In this document: positions 55,694 to 63,168 of the stretch, piece after piece
Numbering within the stretch: the stretch's first letter is position 1
How the letters are laid out: every line of letters begins with the position of its first letter
DNA from: a virus
IMG/VR virus record: IMGVR_UViG_3300036795_000115
Coordinates: 4,739 to 68,738 of that record
DNA length: 64,000 nt
Direction: 5' to 3' (one strand)
Translations under genes and position numbers: made by a program
Notes under the pieces: generated by a model
The model's database searches: none
The model's input: the letters and a program-made list of their open reading frames with translations, nothing else
Told to the model about the DNA's origin: nothing

Positions 55694-57196
55694 CTAGCCA
55701 GCCCTCTTGAGCTCGCCGTGGAAATACTCTTTCCCCAGCGCCACAGCGTCGATCTGATCATCATGAAGCGTCTTCGGATACGCCTTCATCTGCGCCTCAA
55801 GACCCGAGATCGGCCGAGCATGCACCACCATCGGCGGTCGGCGCAGGTAGCAGTCGTGCAGGTCCGTGATCCGGTCAATCTTCGAACGACGCAAGTTCAC
55901 CGCGAAGATCTTCACCCCCGGAGGCAGCGGCGACAGCGTGTTCTCGACGTGATCGCCACCGTTGGTCACATCCACCACGATGAGCCGGATCCCGTTCTTA
56001 CGGACGATCGAGTGCACCAGCTCCCGCAACTTGTCCGGCTTCAACCGCACACCCATCACCCGCTCCACCACCACGCGGCGCACATTGGCGGCGTAGGACA
56101 GCATGGCGATACCGGTCTCGTCGTTCGACTTCTTCGACTTCGACGCCGGGTCCACGATCAGGATCCGCTCCGTCACATGCGCCAACAGCTTGTCGTCGTA
56201 AGTGATGTCGTCGTCATCCCAGAACGTGCCGTTCTCATCCACCGGGGCGTTGTCGAAGTTCTTCGCGTACCCGCGCGGGTTTCGCAGCCGTTCGGCCCGC
56301 TGCCACTCCAGCGCCCACTTCGGCTCCCACAGCGACCGCTCTTCGCCGGTGTCCGGGTCTTCGACGATGCCCTTGAAGTGGTGCACCTCGATGTTCTCCT
56401 CGGCAACCCACGCCTCGCCCTCGACGAGATCATGAATGATGGAGCCCGCCATCACCGTTGTGCCCGCTACCTGGACCACGGCGCTGAAGTTGCAGGGCAA
56501 GATGACGTCGATCAGATCCTCGAGCCGCTTGCGCTTCATCTCGACGCTGTAACGGCCCTTCTTCGGCTCGATTTCGTCGAAGAGCAGAGCGTCGGGGCGC
56601 AGGTTGTCCCACTTCACGCCCAGGGTCGCTGAGTTCATCCCCTTCACCATGATGATCGAACCGTTCGCGGCCAGGTACGTCGTGTCGTTGTCCTTCAACG
56701 CCCGGCCGCCGGTCTTCATCGGTGTACAGAGCTCGGGAAAATCGCGCATGAGGCGCTCGTTCTGGGAGAATTGCAGCTTGAGCGTGGCCAGGTGCAGCTT
56801 CGCCTGATCCTCCGTGTCCGAGTACACGACGATGAACTTGCGATGCCCAAACGCCATCGCCCACAGCGGAAGGATCAAGAACAGCCAGGTGGTTTTGGCC
56901 CCCTCGCGCGGAGCTACCCAGGCGTCGCGGATCTCCTTCGGGCCGATGTCGGTGCGCATCCACCGCTTCGCCGACATCGCCAGGGCCACGTGCAGGTCAC
57001 TCAGCGCGTGCAGCAGCCCGGGCAGGGTTACGTGCGGGGCCAGGTAGTAGAGCGCGAACAGGATCGGCGAGGTGCGGCACCAGTCCCGGCGCTTGTTGAT
57101 GCATTCCTGGGTGTGCACTCGGAACGCGGAGTGTTTCAGCTTCGCGGTGTAGAGCTCGGGGGTGAACCCGGGCGGGCCTTCGAGGCGGCGTTTCAT
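55694..57196 (-). CDS. second terminase large subunit (Terminase_6-like), not linked to a portal
   Basis: APREGAKTT, RPDALLFDEIE, VAGT, IVDPA, DETG, HDDQIDA. Confidence 0.85.
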   Translation of the reverse strand: MKRRLEGPPGFTPELYTAKLKHSAFRVHTQECINKRRDWCRTSPILFALYYLAPHVTLPGLLHALSDLHVALAMSAKRWMRTDIGPKEIRDAWVAPREGAKTTWLFLILPLWAMAFGHRKFIVVYSDTEDQAKLHLATLKLQFSQNERLMRDFPELCTPMKTGGRALKDNDTTYLAANGSIIMVKGMNSATLGVKWDNLRPDALLFDEIEPKKGRYSVEMKRKRLEDLIDVILPCNFSAVVQVAGTTVMAGSIIHDLVEGEAWVAEENIEVHHFKGIVEDPDTGEERSLWEPKWALEWQRAERLRNPRGYAKNFDNAPVDENGTFWDDDDITYDDKLLAHVTERILIVDPASKSKKSNDETGIAMLSYAANVRRVVVERVMGVRLKPDKLRELVHSIVRKNGIRLIVVDVTNGGDHVENTLSPLPPGVKIFAVNLRRSKIDRITDLHDCYLRRPPMVVHARPISGLEAQMKAYPKTLHDDQIDAVALGKEYFHGELKRAG

Positions 57197-57630
57197 GCTG
57201 ATTCGTCGGCTTCCCAGTCGTCCCAGTCCTCGCCCGATTCATTATCGGAATCGACGGGCGGGGCGTCGTCGTACAGTTTCAGGCGGGCCGCGTTCTGCTG
57301 ACGGACCTCGCCGGCGAGGCGGGCGAAGTCGGCGTTGGAGCAGTCTTCGCCGAGCCGTTCGAACGTCATGCGGGTGAGTTGATCAAGCTCGTCATGGGCT
57401 ATGACCTGCATCAACGTCCGAGAGGGACGGTCATGTCTCAACATCAACATTTCGATACGGCGGTAGAACGTCGCCCTCGAGATGCACAAATCCTTCGCAA
57501 TATCGTTCGGCGACTCACGCCGCAGTAACCGTGCGTAGGCCAGCGCTGCCTCAGTGTCGATGACCTCAGGAGGCTTATTCGGATCCGCGCTCTCGTAGCG
57601 GCCGGAATGATCCGTCGCCGGCCGGTCCAT
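57193..57630 (-). CDS. HTH protein, putative small subunit for the second terminase
   Basis: DIAKDLCISRATFYRRI; coupled to the second TerL. Confidence 0.65.
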   Translation of the reverse strand: MDRPATDHSGRYESADPNKPPEVIDTEAALAYARLLRRESPNDIAKDLCISRATFYRRIEMLMLRHDRPSRTLMQVIAHDELDQLTRMTFERLGEDCSNADFARLAGEVRQQNAARLKLYDDAPPVDSDNESGEDWDDWEADESA

Positions 57631-57638
57631 CGTCCTAC

Positions 57639-57872
57639 CTATTCCCAGTCAGAGGAATCGGACGCCGCCGGGATCTTGGGCAACCGGTCGTCCATGTGGA
57701 TGTCATGACACAGATGCGCGGACACGATCGCGGTCGCACCGATGATTCCGGTGGACACCAAGCTCATGATGTCCCCGTGGTGTGAGACCTGAATCGACAA
57801 CGTCACCCCAGAGCCCCAGAAGATGGCGAAGGAGACCCACATCAAGATCTCCTTGAGCCGGGTACGGTTCAC
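57639..57872 (-). CDS. 2-TM membrane protein
   Basis: Two hydrophobic helices. Confidence 0.6.
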   Translation of the reverse strand: MNRTRLKEILMWVSFAIFWGSGVTLSIQVSHHGDIMSLVSTGIIGATAIVSAHLCHDIHMDDRLPKIPAASDSSDWE

Positions 57873-57951
57873 CGCCGGCAGCCCTTGCCGTCACACAACG
57901 GGCAGACTGTCCACTCGCCGTCGCCGCCCCGGTACAGCCCGCCGTCGCACA

Positions 57952-58098
57952 TCACGGGTTTCTCTTCTGCTTACCGCCGGTCAGCTTCGACCCGGTGACG
58001 AGCTTGCCCTTGCCGCCGAAGCTGCCCATCGACTTCGGCTGTTGGGCCTTGACTTTGCGGGTTGTGGTGGTGCGCACGGTCTTCGTGAAGAACCCCAT
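57952..58098 (-). CDS. small basic protein (below the ORF-track cutoff)
   Basis: MGFFTKTVRTTTTRKVKAQ...; tightly packed with neighbours. Confidence 0.5.
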   Translation of the reverse strand: MGFFTKTVRTTTTRKVKAQQPKSMGSFGGKGKLVTGSKLTGGKQKRNP

Positions 58099-58099
58099 G

Positions 58100-58237
58100 T
58101 CAGCAGTTCCCCCGGTTCCGGTAGTTGTCCCGGCCGCGCTTCATATCGGCCTCGCTCCGGGTCGGGTTGGCCTTCACCGCCCGGTCCTGGATGGACTTCC
58201 AGTCCTTGTCCGAGATCGTGTTCGCGCGGCGGCCCAT
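58100..58237 (-). CDS. small basic protein (below the ORF-track cutoff)
   Basis: MGRRANTISDKDWKSIQDRAVKANP...; TGATG coupling. Confidence 0.55.
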   Translation of the reverse strand: MGRRANTISDKDWKSIQDRAVKANPTRSEADMKRGRDNYRNRGNC

Positions 58238-58509
58238 CAGGACTCGTCCTCGATCCCGTGGAACGCCTCGAGCTCGCGCAGGAACAGCTCGAGGAGCCAG
58301 GCCCGGTTCGCCAGTACCCGTTTGTTGGTACCGCTCGTCGCGTCCCGCTGCTCCTGCAACGCCTCCAGGGCGATACGCAGCTCGGTGGCCAGGACGGGGC
58401 CGTGGATGTCGTGCTCGTGCAGGCGCGGGCGGACCCGGCGCGCGGGTGGCTCGTTGTGGCCGTTCATGGTTGAAGTAGCGCCCGCGTCGGGGTCGCTGTA
58501 AGAATCCAT
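58237..58509 (-). CDS. hypothetical protein
   Basis: GAGG RBS; first gene of the leftward operon. Confidence 0.55.
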   Translation of the reverse strand: MDSYSDPDAGATSTMNGHNEPPARRVRPRLHEHDIHGPVLATELRIALEALQEQRDATSGTNKRVLANRAWLLELFLRELEAFHGIEDES

Positions 58510-58593
58510 GTGCCTCTGCTCCAGGTAGCTCTGGTGCGGGTGGAAGTCCTGGCTAGCAGTTCGAGCTGCTGGTCAGGGCGTTGGGAGTCTCAA

Positions 58594-58638
58594 CCGTACA
58601 TAAGAGGATTGGTCAGGACGAACCCGTACTATACACGG
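58594..58638. other. candidate attP
   Basis: Imperfect dyad CCGTACATAAGAGGATTGGTC-AG-GACGAACCCGTACTATACACGG just upstream of the integrase. Confidence 0.45.
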
Positions 58639-60105
58639 GTGCCGTCCAGTCAGGGAACCTCTCACGCACCGTTACGGGTGGGACTTTACTGCCGCGTCAG
58701 CCACGATCCCACTGGTCGGGGAACTTCCGTAGCTGACCAGGAGAAAGAAGGGCGCGCTTGGTGCGCCGCGAACGGGCACCTGGTGGCCTGGCTGATTGTC
58801 GACAACGACATCAGTGCGAGCCGGTACAGCAAGAAGGAACGCCCCGGGTTCACCGAAGTGCAGCGACGGTTGGCCGGCGCCGACCCGGTGGAGATCCTGT
58901 GGGCGTGGGAGTCGTCGCGGTTCACCCGCGACCTGAAGGTGTACGCGCAAGTCCGGGCGCTGTGCGAGCGCTACGAGGTGCTGTGGTCCTATCACGGCAA
59001 GACCTACGACATGTCCCGGGCGGACGACCGGTTCGCCACCGCGCTGGACGTGATCCTGGGCGAGCGGGCGTCGGACGACACGAGTGACCGAGTACAGAGA
59101 GCGGTGGATGCCCGGGTGGAAGCCGGTACAGCGCACGGACGAGTCCCGTACGGCTACCGGGCTGTCTACCACCCGCACACCGGGGCTCCGATCGGCCGGG
59201 AACCGGACCCGGGCACCGCGCCGGTAGTGAAGGAGATCGTGCGCCGGGTACTCGGCGAAGAGCCCAGCTACCAGATCGCCAAGGATCTCAATCAGCGCGG
59301 CGTGATCTCCCCGCACGGGTTCCGACTGCAGCGCACCGGTCAGCCGGTGGACGACGCTCGACCGTGGACGATCAGCCTGGTCCGGCAGCTCGCGGTGAAC
59401 CCCACCTACGCCGGACTGCGGACATACGACGGCAAGGTGAAGGGCGATGCCACCTGGGAGGCGCTGATCTCCGGCGCGGAGCATCGGCGCGTGGTGGCCC
59501 GCTTTTCCGACCCGGCACGGAAGGGAACTCGGGACCGCGAGGTGAAGCACCTGCTGGCTGGGATCGTGCTGTGCGGGGTGTGCGGCGACCCGTGCCGGCG
59601 GGTGGTGAACCACGGCAGCCCCAGCTACTCGTGCCGCACCAACCACTGCGTGTCCCGGGTGCAGTCGGCGGTGGACGCCCTGGTGACCGAGACGCTGCTG
59701 CTGTGGTTGGAGCGCCCCAACGCGGCGGAAGTATTCACCGACCGCGATGACAGCGCCGAGGTCGACGCGGCCGTTGCGGAGCTCGCGGAGCTGCGGGCGC
59801 GCCTCGCCGAGTTCGAGCGGTCCGCTGATCAGCCGGGCGGGATCTCCGCCGCGTCACTGGCCCGTCGGGAGGCGCATTACCTGCCACTGATCGAGGACGC
59901 CCGTCGGCGCACCATCCCGACGCACGTACCGGAGGTCATCCGGGATCTCGTGGAGGCCGAGGACGTGCGGGAACGGTGGGCGGATCTGGCCCCTTTGGTG
60001 CGACGGTCCGTGGTGCGGCACCTGATGACGGTGCGGATCATGCGGACGTCGAGTCGCGGGTCGCACGGGTTCGATCCGTCGTGCGTCGACATTGCGTGGC
60101 GGTGA
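58639..60105 (+). CDS. int: large serine recombinase (integrase)
   Basis: LYCRVS catalytic Ser, DNDISAS, RPGF, SSRFTR, PYGY, NPTYAG, LLAGIVLCGVCG Zn ribbon. Confidence 0.95.
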   Translation: MPSSQGTSHAPLRVGLYCRVSHDPTGRGTSVADQEKEGRAWCAANGHLVAWLIVDNDISASRYSKKERPGFTEVQRRLAGADPVEILWAWESSRFTRDLKVYAQVRALCERYEVLWSYHGKTYDMSRADDRFATALDVILGERASDDTSDRVQRAVDARVEAGTAHGRVPYGYRAVYHPHTGAPIGREPDPGTAPVVKEIVRRVLGEEPSYQIAKDLNQRGVISPHGFRLQRTGQPVDDARPWTISLVRQLAVNPTYAGLRTYDGKVKGDATWEALISGAEHRRVVARFSDPARKGTRDREVKHLLAGIVLCGVCGDPCRRVVNHGSPSYSCRTNHCVSRVQSAVDALVTETLLLWLERPNAAEVFTDRDDSAEVDAAVAELAELRARLAEFERSADQPGGISAASLARREAHYLPLIEDARRRTIPTHVPEVIRDLVEAEDVRERWADLAPLVRRSVVRHLMTVRIMRTSSRGSHGFDPSCVDIAWR

Positions 60106-60143
60106 CCGGCGGGGGCTGGGCCGGAGCCGCTGGGGAGGAGGCT

Positions 60144-60452
60144 TTAGTTCGGGTTGGTGAGGTCGAACTCATCGGGTAACCACTGCTCCGCGATCGTGAA
60201 CATGGGGGCAGCTGCCTCGCCGTGTTCGATGTACATGACCGCGTCACTGATCATTCTGCGGAAGGTGATGAACGGTAGTCCTGGTTGGATCCAGATGACT
60301 CGTTCTTGTCGACTGGCCGCAACAGGTTGCGACCCCAGGCTGTCCTCAATTAGTATCCTGATCCCGTAAACGAGTCGGACGACGTTCCGCAGCCACCGAG
60401 CCGGTGTACTGGCGTAGAACGGGTCCTCGAGCTGTGGCGTTGCCTGCGTCAT
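60144..60452 (-). CDS. degenerate ImmA/IrrE-like protein
   Basis: VIWIQPGL...RRMISDAVMYIEHG in place of IWL...RCTLAHELxHxERG; between repressor and integrase. Confidence 0.5.
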   Translation of the reverse strand: MTQATPQLEDPFYASTPARWLRNVVRLVYGIRILIEDSLGSQPVAASRQERVIWIQPGLPFITFRRMISDAVMYIEHGEAAAPMFTIAEQWLPDEFDLTNPN

Positions 60453-60602
60453 TAACGCTCCCGTGGGAGGGCTTCCAGTAGGTTGAAACCCCCTGTGAAA
60501 TACCTGTGAACAGTTGAGGATTCACTGAGGGCGCTGAGGAAACTACAGCCGGCACACGGAAGTGGGTACGGTTCAGCGCCGAACGGTTGCGTCGGGTAAC
60601 AG

Positions 60603-61067
60603 TTAAGGACGTGCTTGCGTCCTCCCGGGCCCAGCGTCTTGGTCCGTTTGGTCTAACGTGCCGTTATAAAATGCAACGTCCGCTACCTCATTCGGACGCA
60701 GTGGCGGCTGTGGGTTACGGCCAGGTGGCTGAGGGTCTAGTTCGTCCAGGTGATCAGTGACGCGCGCCTTGATCTCCTCGAGCAATTGCAGGGTACTGAG
60801 TTCGGCGGCGTCGACGGGGGGCGCCGGCGGCTGACCCGCTTCCTCAGAAGTGATGTAGCCGGCCGCGACGAGCGCGGTGAGAATGGGGATGCCCAGCGCG
60901 TCCGCGAGTTTGCGGATGTTGGCTAGCGACGGTTCCTGGTGGGGACGGTTCACCCACTGACTGATCGCACTGGGCGGCAGCCCTGATTCGGTGGCGGCGC
61001 GAGCGTAGTTCCAGCCTCGTTGGTCGAGTTGCTGTTTGACCCACTCGCCCCAGGTCTGTGCTGTCAC
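60603..61067 (-). CDS. XRE-family immunity repressor
   Basis: AATESGLPPSAISQW...PSLANIRKLADALG...ALVAAGYIT; leaderless TATAGT-7-GTG. Confidence 0.9.
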   Translation of the reverse strand: MTAQTWGEWVKQQLDQRGWNYARAATESGLPPSAISQWVNRPHQEPSLANIRKLADALGIPILTALVAAGYITSEEAGQPPAPPVDAAELSTLQLLEEIKARVTDHLDELDPQPPGRNPQPPLRPNEVADVAFYNGTLDQTDQDAGPGRTQARP

Positions 61068-61218
61068 GGCACGCACTATACGTGCGCGCACGCTACACGC
61101 ATACGCGATCGGTGTCCCCCTTTAGGCAGGTATCTCAGCTACCTACGGGGGAGGACGTGCGTGCCCGCTACAGATCAACGGGGATGTGCGCGTGGAACAA
61201 GTCATGCATGCGCGCCTG

Positions 61219-61247
61219 TTGCGTCAGCGCATGCCCGGTGCTAGCGT
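61219..61247 (+). promoter_or_regulatory. early lytic promoter
   Basis: TTGCGT-17-TAGCGT, divergent from the repressor; surrounded by GCGCACG/CGTGCG-type repeats. Confidence 0.55.
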
Positions 61248-61296
61248 CATCAACACGTTCACCAGAAAGTCATGCGTGACCCGAAGGAGACAGTAC

Positions 61297-61560
61297 GTGG
61301 ACCCCACCGTGAAGCTCAGAGCGGGGCAGCTCCGTAAATATCGGGCGATGGCGAACCTGATGAGAGACACGGACCTCGCTGACCGGATGGGCGTACACCG
61401 CTCGACGGTAATCCGAACCATCTCCGGCGACGCGGTCCTGTCCGGTCGGTTCATCGCGGCCCTAATTACGATCTTCCACCCGCTCACGTTCGACGACCTG
61501 TTCGAAATCTGCCCCCCGCTCACCAGCGAGCAGGAACACGAACACGCCGGCGCGGCCTGA
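61297..61560 (+). CDS. Cro-like HTH protein
   Basis: DLADRMGVHRSTVIR...FIAAL...FDDLFE; AAGGAG RBS. Confidence 0.85.
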   Translation: MDPTVKLRAGQLRKYRAMANLMRDTDLADRMGVHRSTVIRTISGDAVLSGRFIAALITIFHPLTFDDLFEICPPLTSEQEHEHAGAA

Positions 61561-61724
61561 TGGACGAGCACCTGACCGGGCTCAGCCCGGAACTCATCGC
61601 ACTCATCCGCAAGGCCGCAGCGGCGCACGTTGTCGCGGCGCCGGCACCGACCGCTGATCAGATCAAGGTGCTGGCGGCGATCTTCCGGGTGCGGGACACC
61701 ACCGTCAGCCGAGGAGCTGCGTGA
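61560..61724 (+). CDS. small protein (APAPT.DQ..LAAIF)
   Basis: TGATG coupling at both ends; below the ORF-track cutoff. Confidence 0.6.
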   Translation: MDEHLTGLSPELIALIRKAAAAHVVAAPAPTADQIKVLAAIFRVRDTTVSRGAA

Positions 61725-62134
61725 TGGAAATCCCCGAAGAGCCAGCCAAGTACGGCACATTCGAACGCGCCTTCGAGCGAGGCATCGAGGCGGCCCTCGA
61801 GATGCACGCCGCCCCTCCGCACTTCTGCGACCTACCCCTCACGGCGTGCCGGCGGCCGCGAACCAGGCCGCCCGGCGTGAGTAAGCCTCTCCCCTGGCAG
61901 TGCGACGTCTGCGGAAACGTGTGGAAGTGGCACACCCGGCACGTCGGCAAGCACGTCATTACCGGCTGGGACCTCCGCTGGGAGGGCTTCGTCGACTGGC
62001 ACACCAGGAAGCTGCTGAACATGGCCGACGTCGCCGCGATGGAAGCCCGCAACGCCGAGATCCGCCGCGAGCACGACGAGATCCGCCGAGTGGTCCAGGA
62101 ACGCGAAGCGGAACTCAAGGAGCAGCAGCTCTAA
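61724..62134 (+). CDS. hypothetical Zn-ribbon protein
   Basis: HFC...WQCDVCG..W. Confidence 0.65.
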   Translation: MEIPEEPAKYGTFERAFERGIEAALEMHAAPPHFCDLPLTACRRPRTRPPGVSKPLPWQCDVCGNVWKWHTRHVGKHVITGWDLRWEGFVDWHTRKLLNMADVAAMEARNAEIRREHDEIRRVVQEREAELKEQQL

Positions 62135-62150
62135 CCCCTCAGATTTCCAA

Positions 62151-62210
62151 GGTCAGGCCTGGTCAGGTCTGGTACGGCAAGGCGTAGCGGGGCAAGGCAC
62201 GGCAAGGGCA
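62151..62210 (+). repeat. GGY-NN pentamer array 1 (12 units)
   Basis: GGTCA GGCCT GGTCA GGTCT GGTAC GGCAA GGCGT AGCGG GGCAA GGCAC GGCAA GGGCA. Confidence 0.9.
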
Positions 62211-62230
62211 CTACCAACAACAGGAGAGAC

Positions 62231-62815
62231 ATGAAGGTTCGGATCACGATGACGGGAACGTCGCCGCTTCTACTGCACAACGTGCGACTGGCTTCCCCGC
62301 TCGACCCGTACTCAAAGCGGCTGAAGGCGCTGAACTCGAAGCGCAACAAGACCGAGGACGACCGCCTGGCCGTGGCTCGCCTGGAGTGGGAGGCCGGTTG
62401 GTACTGGGATGACGAGCTCGGCCCCATTCTCCCCACAGCGTCGATCCGTAAGTGCCTGATCGAGGGAGCTCGACTCACGAAGGCCGGTAAGAAGATCGAG
62501 CGCGGTGTTACGCCCCTCGATTTCCAGGTGCCGCTCGTTTACAACGGCCCCCGCGACCTGGTCGGGCTGTGGGGTGACGGTATCGGGACTGAGTTCGTCG
62601 ACCTGCGCTCCGCTGTCGTACAGCGCAACAAGGTCGACCGTTGCCGTCCGAAGATCCGCAACTGGTCAGTCAGTTCCGACTGGCTTATCGACCCGTCCGT
62701 AATTGAGCTGGACGAGTTCGCCGGAGTGACCGAAACCGCCGGCGCAGTTCAGGGCGTCGGAGATGCACGGTCACTGATGCACGGCCGTTTCGACGCAAAG
62801 GTCGAAACCATCTGA
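62231..62815 (+). CDS. RAMP/Cas7-like RNA-binding protein
   Basis: N-terminal RITMTGTSPLLLHN strand, ILPTASIRKCL, RCRPKIRNW, C-terminal Gly-rich loop AGAVQGVGDAR..HGRF; CAGGAG RBS. Confidence 0.7.
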   Translation: MKVRITMTGTSPLLLHNVRLASPLDPYSKRLKALNSKRNKTEDDRLAVARLEWEAGWYWDDELGPILPTASIRKCLIEGARLTKAGKKIERGVTPLDFQVPLVYNGPRDLVGLWGDGIGTEFVDLRSAVVQRNKVDRCRPKIRNWSVSSDWLIDPSVIELDEFAGVTETAGAVQGVGDARSLMHGRFDAKVETI

Positions 62816-62819
62816 TTTT

Positions 62820-62909
62820 GGCTAGGCACGTCAGGGTCCGGTCCGGTGCGGCGTGGTTGGTTCGGGTTCCGCTGGTCTTGGTTCGGCTAGGCCCGGCTAG
62901 GCAGGGGAG
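62820..62909 (+). repeat. GGY-NN pentamer array 2 (18 units)
   Basis: GGCTA GGCAC GTCAG GGTCC GGTCC GGTGC GGCGT GGTTG GTTCG GGTTC CGCTG GTCTT GGTTC GGCTA GGCCC GGCTA GGCAG GGGAG. Confidence 0.9.
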
Positions 62910-62915
62910 AAGAAA

Positions 62916-62961
62916 TGAGCGAGCAGCACACACCAAGGTGCGAGTCCTTGGCGCTCACGCA
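62916..62961 (+). ncRNA. tRNA-like separator A
   Basis: TGAGCG-11nt-CCAAGG-TGCGAGT-CCTTGG-CGCTCA-CGCA. Confidence 0.75.
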
Positions 62962-62968
62962 AGTTGAT

Positions 62969-63043
62969 GGCACGGCATGGCATGGCGGTGTTCCGTTGGG
63001 CTTGGCGTGGCCCGGTGCGGTCCGGCATGGCTTGGCAAGGAAT
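62969..63043 (+). repeat. GGY-NN pentamer array 3 (15 units)
   Basis: GGCAC GGCAT GGCAT GGCGG TGTTC CGTTG GGCTT GGCGT GGCCC GGTGC GGTCC GGCAT GGCTT GGCAA GGAAT. Confidence 0.9.
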
Positions 63044-63088
63044 GGGCGAACGGCATACCTCGGAGTTCGAGTCTCCGGCGCCCACGCA
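63043..63088 (+). ncRNA. tRNA-like separator B
   Basis: TGGGCG-11nt-TCGGAG-TTCGAGT-CTCCGG-CGCCCA-CGCA. Confidence 0.75.
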
Positions 63089-63089
63089 C

Positions 63090-63149
63090 GACGTGGCGGG
63101 GTACGGCGACGCAAGGCACGGCCTGGCCTGGCGTGGTTCGGCAGGGGTT
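63090..63149 (+). repeat. GGY-NN pentamer array 4 (12 units)
   Basis: GACGT GGCGG GGTAC GGCGA CGCAA GGCAC GGCCT GGCCT GGCGT GGTTC GGCAG GGGTT. Confidence 0.9.
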
Positions 63150-63168
63150 TCACAACACGGAGGTTGCA

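Noticed and set aside
55694-60105. Separate satellite or second prophage explaining the extra terminase
   Set aside because: There is no second integrase, primase, portal or capsid and no visible boundary repeats. It cannot be fully excluded without read data.
62151-63149. Classical CRISPR array
   Set aside because: There are no 25-40 nt direct repeats with unique spacers and no cas1/cas2; the periodicity is 5 nt.
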